Source: Raja brachyura (Eukaryota). Taken from it: a DNA stretch of 64,000 nt. Positions 11,501 through 23,500 of the stretch are shown here, in pieces. Both the position numbers and the translations under genes were made by a program. The notes under the pieces were generated by a model that had not been told where the DNA came from, made no database searches, and saw only the letters and a list, made by a program, of their open reading frames with translations. Where the stretch lies: contig OY740799.1 in the NCBI GenBank assembly GCA_963514005.1, positions 12,834,001 to 12,898,000 of the forward strand. The letters are read 5' to 3'. Position 1 is the stretch's first letter, and every line of letters starts with the position of its first letter.

Positions 11501-14500
11501 CAAGTGCAGAAATAAGGAAAAGAAGTAAGACTGCCGTGATTCCTCCCACAAGCCCTATTTCCTTCGAACTGTACTTCCTGCTTTCCTTGGCAAGTCCAGA
11601 TGGAACTGCATATCAACGGAAAAACCATGCATTATATAATAAAAAAATAAAAGATGTGCCTAATGTTCTGGGAGAAATGCGAGAGTTTATTTTGTGAAGG
11701 TTGTGTGTTTTCTAATACTTGCAAGCAATAAGTAGCTTTAGAAACAAACTTATTATTGTATTTCTTTGTAAGTGCTGAATATCACCAATATTCACATTTT
11801 CTATTAAGTTTTCTTGGTTAAGATTGTTAGAGACTAGATTTGAAAGTCTTGTAGGTTTTCTTATAACAATCACTTTACATTTCAAAGCTTTGGGTACTGC
11901 AAAAGTAAGATTCCCTTATGCAAGCAAATATATTCCATGTGATGCAGTTGAACATGTTTTGCGTAATGATGACTGTAGACAATCATTCTGCTTTTCATCA
12001 AGTATTATATTGGAATCTTTTATTTTTTATCTTAATTAGCCAAAAAATCTCAAATCAACATTGTTTACATTCGCAATATTGAAGCACCTCCTTCGTCCTG
12101 ATTGTGTCGATCAGCCAAGATCATGAATTTATCCTGACATATTTCAGTGACCACCTATACTATGAAATCTTGGACAGCTTTTTTGAAATACTCTGGGATG
12201 ATCTCTTTCATTATTGACAGTGAGTTGTACAACTGGTCTAAACAATGTATGAGGAGGAGGGAGACATTCCATGCGCCCTTGTCCAAAGTAGGCAGCTACA
12301 GTGTTTATTTAGAACAGTGCATAATTACAATTTAAAATATTTCTACTCTTGATCTCTCTCTGTATTTCTGTATTAACCATCTTGCTTGCCTTCCCTCTGT
12401 TCTACCCTCTCTGGTATCTCTCTCTCGTAGCCATAGTTTTTATGCCATTCTGTTATTCTATCATCAAAAACCTGGTCAGATTAACTATCATTTTCTTAGC
12501 GCAAGGACATGCAACAAGTTCCTTCTGTACGTTTCTCATCTGCAGAGTGGTTCTTATTATCTATGCTCCTTGGTATTGAATAAAATGAATTATTTCCAAC
12601 AAATGTTAATTCAAATCGATTTAAACACCAACACAACTTAAACATTTGCCAGTTTAACAACCCAGTTATGAGGTCCTGGAAACATATGGCCAGTATTATC
12701 CCGTAGATTCACATGGATTTGAGTGCAGCAATTGGCAGGTTAGGCTATCAGATTATAGATTTAACAACTTTAAATAGCTGCAATAGGGACTTTAAATAGC
12801 TGCAAAAACGTCCATGAAGTCTGTGTAAAATTGCTGCTAATGCCCCCAGTGCGGTTTGAGGGCAACACTGAAATTGTTAAACATATTTAATGAATAAAAC
12901 CTGTGTGCTTTCTTTCATTAACAATCTTCCAAAATCCTTCAAAGAACAAATAGGTTATAATTCCAAGAAGTGAAGAATGTAGTACCCACAGCATGTGCTG
13001 TTACTCTAGTACCTCTGTACTACAGAGGCCAAAAATCTAATGTTAAGCACCTGAAATCCATTGTATCCTCGGGCTATTCATCCAGATTTGAAGGCTTGAT
13101 TCTAACTACGTATTGGTTATACATTGCTCGTGTGTGTTTGAGCAGCACGTAGAAGAGAAGGAAATTTGGCACAAACCCAGCATTTGTAATCTACTTATGG
13201 AACTTGCTATTGTGACTGAGCAATGTTCTGTTTCCAAACAGAAAGCACATGGCTAAGTTAGGTTTTAAAGGAATGTCTGCAAAATAGATCTATTAAGCTG
13301 TGTGGCTGTCATTAGCCTGCGATATAATTGGGAATTTCTATTTCTGAAAATGTACAAAGGAGCTTTTATTTTCTGTAACATATGAAGAGTCATCTGCAGT
13401 ACAGTTGTATCCTATTTGAAAATCAGATATCTAGAAGATTAAGGAAGGACTATAAATCATATAGTCCTTAAAAGTAACACCAGCAAATTTAAAAGTAACA
13501 CTAGCAAATTGGCAGATGACCCAAAGCTGGGTGGCAGTGTGAACTGCGAAGAGGATGCTAGGAGGTTGCAGGGTGACTTGGACATGTTGAGTGAGTAGGC
13601 AGATGCATGGCAAATGCAGTATAATGTAGATAGATGAAAGGTTATCCAGTTTGGCGACAAGAACAAGGAGGCAGATTATTACCACAATGGTTAAGAAGGA
13701 ACTGCAGATGCTGGAAAAATCGAAGGTAAAGAACAATGCTGAAGAAACTCAGCGGGTGAGGCAGCATCTATAAAGCGAAGGAATAGGTGACGTTTCGGGT
13801 CGAGACCCTTCTTCAGACTGATGTGGGGGTGGTGGGGGCGGGAAGAAGAAAGGAAGAGGCGGAGACAGTGGGTTGTGGGAGAGGTGGGAAGGGGAGGGGG
13901 GAAGAGGGAGAAAGCAAGGACTACCTGAAATTGGAGAAGTCAATGTTCATACCGCTGGGGTGTAAACTACCTAAGCAAAATATGAGGTGATGCTCCTCTC
14001 AGTGGTGTCAGATTAGGAAAAAGAGAAGTGCAACGAGACCTGGGTGTCCTTGTACACCAGTCACTGAAAGTAAACATGCAGGTACAGCAGGCAGTGAAGA
14101 AACCTAATGGCATGTTGGCCTTCATAACAAGAGAATTTGAGTATAGGAGTAAAGAGGTCCTTCTGCAGTTGTACACGGCCCTGGTGAGACCACATCTAGA
14201 GTATTGTGTGCAGTTTTGATCTCCTAATTTGAAGAACAACATCCTTGCTATTGAGGCAGTGCAGTGTAGGTTCACGAGGTTAATACCCAGGATGGCGGGA
14301 CTGACACATGAGGAAAGATTGGAAAACCTGGGCTTGTATTCACTGGAATTTAGAAGGATGAGAGGGGATCTTATAGAAACATATAAAATTATAAAACGAC
14401 TGGGCAAGGCAGATGCAGGAAAAATGTTCCCAATGTTGGGTGAGTCCAGAACCAGGGGCCACAGTCCAAGAATAAAGGGGAGGCCATTTAAAACTGAGAT

Positions 14501-17500
14501 GAGAAAAAACTTTTTCAACCAGAGAGTTGTGAATTTGTGGAATTCTCTGCCACTGAAGGCAGTAGAGGCCAATTCACTGGATGAATTTAAAAGAGAGTTA
14601 GATAGAGCTCTGGGGGCTAGCAGAATCAAGGGATATGGGGAGAAGGCAGGCACGGGTCACTAATTGTGGATGATCAGCCATGATCACAATGAATGGTGGT
14701 GCAGGTTCGAAGGGCCAAATGGCCTCCTCCTGCACCTATTTTCTATGTTTCTATATGGCCTTTCTCTGAGGTATACAAATTTGTTGGTTGTGTGTAAGCA
14801 GTCGCTGTGAAAAAGATCATACCATTTTCACCAAAGTGTATGAGTGTAGAGCTGGGTTGGGCACCAATACAAGCACAAGAACCAACCGTCATCTGTGTAT
14901 AATTTATTTTATAGTTTTTATCATAGTTGCCATGGTGCGTGATGTGGGATATTTTGACATCCAGCTCCCAATCCTCTGTGTTTCTCCAGTTATTGCAGAT
15001 AATAAGATTGTACAGTTTCGCTTGGAAGTTCTGGGTCACCCATTCTGTTACACCATGATTGATGAGGAAAGAAACTGTGTTGTGCATTGAATCATTTCTG
15101 AGAACTCTCCTCCACATCTTGCTACCACCTATACATTTCTGGCCCGCTTTGCATTTCATCTTCTCTATGGATCATGTGCAAGCAGATGAGATTAGTTTAT
15201 CTTGACATCATGTTCGGCACACTGTGGGCCGAATGGTCTGTTCATGTGCTGTCCTGTTCATTGTTCTTAAAACCTCCGATGGTGAAGGGCTTTGGGAACC
15301 TTAGGTTTAATATCACCTATAATTCCAAAACAGGTCTGCTTTGGAATAATTACATGGTTTAAATTGCTGTTGAATCTATAATTGAGAGAGCAGGTTTGAT
15401 TTATAATTTTATTGACAGGCCTACCTGGCTGACTTGAATGAAGAATCTCAACTTTGACTCTTGTGCTGACCACATCCCCCGATTCTTTGTCAGATCCAAC
15501 AAGCTGTACAAACAAGTTCAACCAAAGTTCAATATTGTCTTTGTAACGCTTTATGAAAAGAGTCACAGAGAGAGCAAATTGCCATTCTCCCCACTGAATT
15601 GCATACAAGTAATAAATGAATGCAAAATGAGGACACTAAAGAATGGCATTAAAAAGGGGTAGAGAAAGATGTTCTATGTCTTAACCTCAGAGCTGAGGCT
15701 GGAGTGTACCCTTACCTGCAACATGTATTTCTCACGCGCATGCAGATGATCTGTTCGAGCTATTAAGAGTCCTTCCTGCGTGACTTGGAACAGCTGTGTG
15801 TGATTGGAGTGATATGCCAGGGTGTAGACAATATTTGGATTTCTCCCCTGGGGTAATACATGGGCACAAATTCAAACAATAAGCATTCACACTGATATAG
15901 AGTGAATAGTTGAATTTCCCTACTGCTGCCATTCCATGATCCACTCACTGAGTCCGGGACAGTAAATTCTGGGCTGTGAACACCTCTGGTCATTACCTCC
16001 ATGGGACAATGTGTTTTGGAGAACTATCTTATAATTGAAATTGGACATGGTGATAAGTCCATGATTATGTATCTCAACACTGCAACAGTTCAGTTGAAGT
16101 GGTGAAAGGTTCATCATCATGTAACTCAGCAATGCAAAGAGTCAAAGAAATGAAGATTATAAATCCTTGATGAAGTATCTCAGTTGGAATGTGTTAAGGT
16201 GATAGGTGGACAATAAACTATTTTGTTACTGCAATAGATGGTAATGAGATTATTGCATTTTTGGAAGTGCCTTGGCAGTGGGTCAGGATAAAAGATTCAT
16301 AGTGAGGTATCTCAATATGAGAATGTGAGAAAGGGTGAAGTTAGTTAACACACAGTCTACAGTGTGTTGAGGTGACAGCATGGTAAATCCATTTATTTTT
16401 GAAACATTTCTCCACTAGAGTCATGGAGTCACACAGCATGGAAATGGGCTCTTCAGCCCAATTAACCCATGGAATCCAAAACTGAGCATAGTACTTGAGA
16501 AAAGTTCTAAAGCTCTGGGAAAGGCAGGTGAATTTGCCTAATGGATTGCTTTTTCAAAGATCTGTTCACATTAGCTACTTTCTGTGAGGTTGAACATGAT
16601 AAAGGTTCTATTCAATTGAATAATTGCTTCCTCCCCTCTAGTATCCAAGTCTCCATCTGGTGAATATTGGATATAAGACTTGGAGAAATTCCTTACAGTC
16701 TTTGAAAACTGCCTTGCGATCTTAAACATGCACCCTGACATCAGGCAAATACCTCAATTTAATGTTTCGTTTAAATACTAACACTTCATCATGAATGAAG
16801 AAGTATACACAACAAAAATATGATTTAACTCACATTTTTAAAATCCTGGTCTATTGCTTCTAGCAGTAAAAGTTTATTGCTGTAAGTAACTACCACAGCA
16901 AATGGGTTTATTTGCTCCTGAACAAATCCCTCATACTTGGTGGTATTAAACCGTGGCCGATAGTGATTCTGGGCTAAAACACGAATTAGCACTGTTGTCA
17001 ATGTGTACTTTGTAGGATCATCTACTTGGGAGGCCTGGAAAGGAAAAAAAAACATGAATGCAAAGTTGTGGAGGTTCTGTCACTCTTGTTACTTATAGCC
17101 TCCACTTACTCTTTACTATATTACCTATGTTTTTTAGTTCACACTCAATCATTTCGGCCAGACTAACAGATGCTGCCTGGCCTGCTGAGTGCATCTAGCA
17201 TTTTTTCTTTTTATCATGGATGTATATAGTGAAAGGATATAGTACATCAAATCCCAAGGGGAATACATAGGATGAATACACAGATTATTTTACCCAGAAC
17301 AGAGGAATCAAGATCCACATGAAAGGTTTAACATGAAAGGGGAAAGATTTAAAAGGAACCCGAGGGGCAGCTTTTTCATGCGGAGGATGTTGGGTATATG
17401 GAATGAGCTGCCAGAGGAGGTAGTTGAGGCAGCTACTATAACAACATTTAAAATACATTTGGATAGCTACGTGGATAGAAATGGTTTACAAAGATATGAG

Positions 17501-20500
17501 CCAAATATGGGCTGGTTGGACTGGTGTGTATTGGGCATCTTGGTTGGCATGTTCAAGTTGGGCCGAAGAGCCTGTTTCCATGCTGTAATACTCAATGGGG
17601 AACTTGCAGCCTTGATCCTTGGGTCTGTTGACCTTTACATAGAATGTGTAGCTCAGAAATAGATCATTTTGCACAAATTATCCAAGCCTCTATTTATGCT
17701 GCATATCCTCCCATCCTAATTCACCTCATCAGCCTATGAATCTAACCCTTTTCTCATCTACATATCAAACTTCCCTTTAAATAAATCTGTTTCGCTCACC
17801 TACAGATGGTAGCAATATCCTCATTCACTAAGTAAAGGAGTTTCTCCTGAATTCCTGACTTGAGTAGCCATCTTATAGTTAGAACACCACAAATAGATTC
17901 ATTCTATTCTGTTAATTTTAATCTCTATATCTGGTACCATCCATATAATTCTAATTTGCACCTTCTGCAGAGATTCTTTATATATTTTTCCAGAAAGATC
18001 AATGGTCAAAGTAATGTCCAATGTGTGGCCTAACAACATTGGATACATTTAACACAACCTCTCTTCAAAGCAAGAAATCTTAGGCAAAGTAAATGGGAAT
18101 CATTGTTCCCGCATCTAATTGCTACTCAGTGATTTCTGACAGTCAGTCTTGATTGAATTGTTCCTGTGGTGAGGTATCAACCACTGATCATTGTTTAAAC
18201 TTGCACCTAAAACGAGGGCTGCTCCTGACAAGGTTTTTCCTGGATGTGAAACCAAACTGTGGGTGTACGAGAAAGGAACAATGGTTAGTAATCAATTCAT
18301 TGATCATACAAAGAGAAAATATGCAAAGAGGATACAATGGACAGTATTTCACAATGCATTTGGAGATGCTTTTGTGTGCAAGCACCATCTTGAGAAGTGT
18401 GGCCATTAGGTGATTAAAGAAGGAACTGCAGATGCTGGAGAATCGAGGGTTACACAAAAAGCTGGAGAAACTCAGCGGGTGCAGCAGCATCTAAGGAGCG
18501 AAGGAGGAAGAAGGATCTCGACCCGAAACGTCGCCTATCTCCTTCGCTCCTTAGATGCTGCTGCACCCGCTGAGTTTCTCCAGCTTTTTGTGTAACCCTG
18601 GCTATTAGGTGACCTGTTCTTGTGCTGAAGATGTCAGGGATTAAGGAAGATCACCATGAAAAAGTAAAAGGACAATTGGTTTCTTTAGACTCCTGAGAAT
18701 CATTGTCCTCTGTTCAGATTTCCTGTCGGTGCAACAGAAGGAATTGTCTTGTGTGTTTCTTTGATGTGGGAATGTTTGGGGAGGCCAGGATTTATTGCCC
18801 GTCTCTAATTGCCCTTGGGCACTGCTGCAGTGCTTGTGGAGTTCCAGGATTTTGGTCCAGTTATGATGAAGGAAGGGCAATATATTTGTACGTCAGGATA
18901 ATGCGTGGCTTGGGGAGAAACCTTCCAGTTGTGGCATTCCTATGCACATACTGCCTTTATTTTAGTTATACAGATCACAAAAGATGCTGTTTAAGAAACT
19001 TTGGCAAGAAATTCCAATGCATTTTATGGATTGCACACATTTCAGCCACATTACGTCAGTGGAGGGAATATATGTTTAAGGTGGTGAATGGGTAACATGA
19101 CTTTGTCCTTGATCATGTCTGGCCATTGAAACCTCAATATTTATGTGTTTGGTTTGATTAAGACTTTGGTCAGTGGTGCCCCACTCAGGATACTGTTGGA
19201 AGGGTCTGATAGTCTAGAATAGTCTGCTATATTATCTGAGGAGTTGCATATAGAAATTAATTTATGCAGAAATCAACAGGCATTCTCACTTCTGATCTTA
19301 TGATGGATGGAAGAGCATTGATAAAGCATCTAAAGATCCATTGTGTCAGGATCCTGCCCTGCCCTGCAGAGATGTCCTGGACCTGAGATGATTGGCTTCC
19401 AGAACCACAACTTTCTTCTTTTGTGCTGGAATAGCCAGTGACAATTTAGTGCCTCAAAATCACACAAAGCGCTGGAATAACTCAGTGAGTCAGACTAAGT
19501 CAAAGTCAAATTTATTCATCATATGCACCAAGGAAGACACAATGAATTTGCCAGGCAGCGAAACACTTAAAAAAAACCACACAATACACAATATAATTCA
19601 ACACAAACATCCATCACAGCATTCCTCACTGTGCTGGAAGGCAACAAAATTCAGTCAGTCCTCCTCCCCCGTTCATCCATGGTTGAGGCCATAAACCCTC
19701 CATAGTTGCCGCTACGGGCGGCCAGATGTATAGGCCCTCTGATAGGGATGATCAAAACTCTGACGTCGGGACGATCGAACACACTCCGCAGCTTGGAACG
19801 CCCGGATCGGCCACTTTCCTACCGGGGACCATGGCTTCAGGATGTTATAGGCCGCAGGCCGGCGGTCGGAGCCGTTCTCCGGCAAGGGATCCCAGACTCC
19901 GGATGGTAAGTCAATGCCACGCCCGTGGCTAGAAGCTCTGCAGACCACAGTCCCACGATGCCAAAGTCACCAGGCCAGCGATTAGAGCACTCCTTTCTGG
20001 CGACCCCCGTCAAGGGCCCGCCCCGTTCCGTGATGGAAAAATCCACGCTGCGCCCGCTGCTGAAGCTCTGGGCCCTACTCCAGGAAAGGCCACTCCAATC
20101 CAAGCAGTTAGGCCCGCAAGGGAGGTGGAGAAGCAACACGAAAAAATGGCATCTCTGTCGAGGAAGTGACTGAAGAACGGTTTCCCCCTTTACCCCCCTC
20201 CACAACCCCCCTCCACAACCCCCCTCACAAGACATACCACTAAAACATTTGAACACACTAAAAAAAACAAAAAAAGTCAAAATTACGAACATGCTGCTGG
20301 CAGGGCAGCCGACTCGCAGCGCCCTCAACCGAACAAAAATTATTATCACCTAAAGAACCGACAAAAATTATCATCACTTAAAGAAACATCACAACCCAAA
20401 AAATCACCTATCCATGTTCTCCAGGGATGCTACCAGACCTGCTGAGTTACTACAGCACTGTGCCAGGGTTCAAGCCAAACAAGTGCAAAAAAGGCTCATT

Positions 20501-23500
20501 GTTCGTTGTCACATTGATTTTGTTTAATGCCAGAAATAATAATGAATTATATTTTCTTTACCATGACTGTCAAAGAGAACAAGGGGGTCTTCATCAAGCT
20601 CCGAACTGGCCACCTCATCATCATTGCTCCAGTAATATTGTTGACTTCAAATCTACCATTATCATCACCTGAAGAATAGAAGCAACAGTGAGAACTAGCC
20701 CAGTCCCTAACTGGTCCTGTTCCACTAGATGTACTGTGTGTGGCCAGTCTTTCCTGCTGAAGTTTCCTATCTCCCTCATTGCTAGTCCCAATTTCAACCA
20801 CCAAGACTGGACCCCATTTCTCCCATTGTTGAAACCCTTCAGACTGGACCTAAACTCTCTTTGCTGAACAGAGGCCAGACTCCAGCTCTTTCTCTTGTTG
20901 CTAGACCCAGCTGACTCATTGAGATCTTACCCAAATTCTCCTAATGCCAGAACTCATTAAACACTCGCTGAGATTAGACCTGAGCACACCCGCTGAGATT
21001 GGACCACTTGTCAGATCCAAGTGTTCGCATTCCCAGATCCAAGCTCTTTCACCAACCCAATGCTATCACAGCTTTACATTCAGCTGTAACCACTTGAGCT
21101 CTCCTCCTGACTTCACCCCTGCACACCTCTGTTGTACCTCGCGCCATCCTCACCCAAACGCGTGCATTTATAGCATTCCCCGTTATACTTCCTGCCTTCC
21201 AAACTATGACATGATTTTCAGATTTATTTCAAGCAAAAGAGTAGTCACTTAGACTGATTTGATTGTCTTTTAGAGTTCAGACCTGTGAGAATTGAATATG
21301 CAACTTGGGTCTGAAGTCCCTTGTCTCCATCTTCTGCTAATAAGGGTCCTGGGGAGAGCTGGAGAGCATGATACTGTAACAGACAAAAAGAGTGAAGTCA
21401 GCAAAGATAGGGAACACTTGTCTTGCTGATAAGACTTTAGTCAAATGCTACCAATCAATGATCGGAATCGGACACTTTCCATTTTATGACCTTTTTGTTC
21501 GGTGAACTCCAGCATGTATGCGAGCGGTAACCTGCCTCTGCTGGCTTCCAACACCTTATCTTAAATCCATCGTTGCAACAGCAGCTTGCATTACATCCGA
21601 GTTGCATTGACCAGTTCACATACCCATCTTTCCCCTGGCTCTGAATGAGATTGTATGTCTTATGCAAAATAAGAATAAACATTCGATTTCATTTACAGAA
21701 CTCTTTTTATATTTTGCAATGTCCCAAAATCTGCTTACTAAATAATATTTGAAGGTCATAATTGCCATTACTCAAAATAGCAGTTTTGAGTAGCAACCTC
21801 CCACATGCTGCATGTCAATATTGAGAGAGATATATGAATCAAAGTAGTGATAAATCCCCTGCTCGTCTTTGAAATAATGCCATAGAACTATTGAGTTCAC
21901 CAAGGGAGTACACAGTACTTTGGTTTAATATTTGTTCTGAAAGATGGCACTGCTAACTGCTGACACCTCTCCCCCCCCCCCTCCCAATCCCCTCCTGCCC
22001 CCATCCATTCATATTTTGGAAAGTCATCATACATTGTGTGTTTAGATCAGAAAAATAAATCATATTATTTGGAAAATGTTAAAAAAAAAAAAGTTAATTT
22101 GTGGAGCAATGGGGATCTGGGAGTATACATTTACAAATCATTTATAGTTGTAATGGATTTTAATGGACCATGGAAATATAGCTGGAAATACTTCAATAAT
22201 ACAATACAACTAACAATACTTCCTTTCTCTTAATTAGACACCTTTTTGAAATGATGCTTTCTTAATGTTTTTTTTTTAAATGAGATTTGTTGTTGATGGG
22301 CTTCTATAGCACCACCTTATATCAGACCACAGCAACCCAACTATCTGCAGCAATAGACTACCTTGGTGATAGAAACTTCATATAGACATTTCTACTTGAG
22401 GTCTTTACTCCAGTAAGACTCTATTCCTGGGGATCTCAGTACAAGACCTGCCATAAACCACTCCACTGCACTGCAGAACTGCAGTTAGTCACTTGAAATG
22501 TGGTCATGAAACATTCCCTCTCCTGCCTTCTCACGGGAGGTGGAAAATAAACAGGCATCCAATTGGATGATTGCCTATTATTAGAAATTGATTTACTCAA
22601 GAAGATGTTAGCTAATAAATAAGCATTCAAAGAAAGTTAAGAAGTTGTGCGTCATTTTTATTCTTATGATTGTTCTGCTGATGGCACTAACTGGGAGATT
22701 ATGAACATGAAATTCTGTAAACCTCATGCGAGTATTGAAGAATATGTTGAGGAGGAATATTGAGGGGCAGCATGGTGACACAGCAGTAGAGTTGCTGCCT
22801 TACTGCACCAGAAATCCAGGTTCGATTCTGATTACAGGTGCTTTATGCATAGAGTTTGTACGTTCCCCCCATGCCCGCGTGGGTTTTCTCCAGATTCCTT
22901 CCACACTCCAAAGACATAGAGGTTTGTAGGTTACTTGGCTTCCGTAAAAATTATAAATTGTCCCTAGTTTGTAGTGTGCTAATATATTGGGGATCGCTAG
23001 TCGGCACGGACTCGGTGGGCTAAGGGTTTATTTCCACGCTGTATCTCTAAACGATAAAGGAAACTGTGCTAAGATGATGGTTGTTTAAACTGGAAGTCTT
23101 GTGGCGAGAATTCAAAATGTCAACATTCATTGTGACCCTTTCCCCATTTGCATGAATTCCCCCTTACTGGTAGCTTTGCTTCTGTGACATTTCCTGTGTA
23201 GGTTGGATTGACGCAGACTCTGGTCTTCCCATGTAACACAAACTTGCATGGAAGAAATCTTGGATACTGGTCATCCCCATCCAACACACTAATGGTCACT
23301 TTTGCTGTTGTGTTGTATTTCTCCTCGGTATTCATTTCCTGTGTGAAAGATATTATTAGGAGGGTAAAGAAACATTTGCAGTGCTAAGACAGTTAGTACA
23401 ACTAAGTCAGGAGGTACATTCTTAGGAATTACAGGAGGTTTTTGGGAAGAAACTCAGAGCTCAATCCATTAGTTGTGTTCACTCTACATTAGCAAACTCC

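Larger units (their letters stand above)
13490..14755 (+). mobile_element. CR1 LINE 3' fragment (RT C-terminus and tail), interrupted by a Penelope-derived insert at ~13691-14000
   Basis: SKLADDPKLGG...LQGDLD, then RDLGVLV...LEYCVQF...RRMRGDLIETYKI...RTRGHS; ends in the TTTCTATG repeat tail. Confidence 0.9.

Noticed and set aside
13967-14653. 228-aa antisense ORF (also 63339-63737, 32172-32450)
   Set aside because: Antisense shadow of the CR1 RT coding sequence.
21455-21682. Cys-rich minus-strand ORF as a cadherin exon
   Set aside because: No cadherin motifs, and the exon chain is already complete and in phase without it (23168 > 21373).
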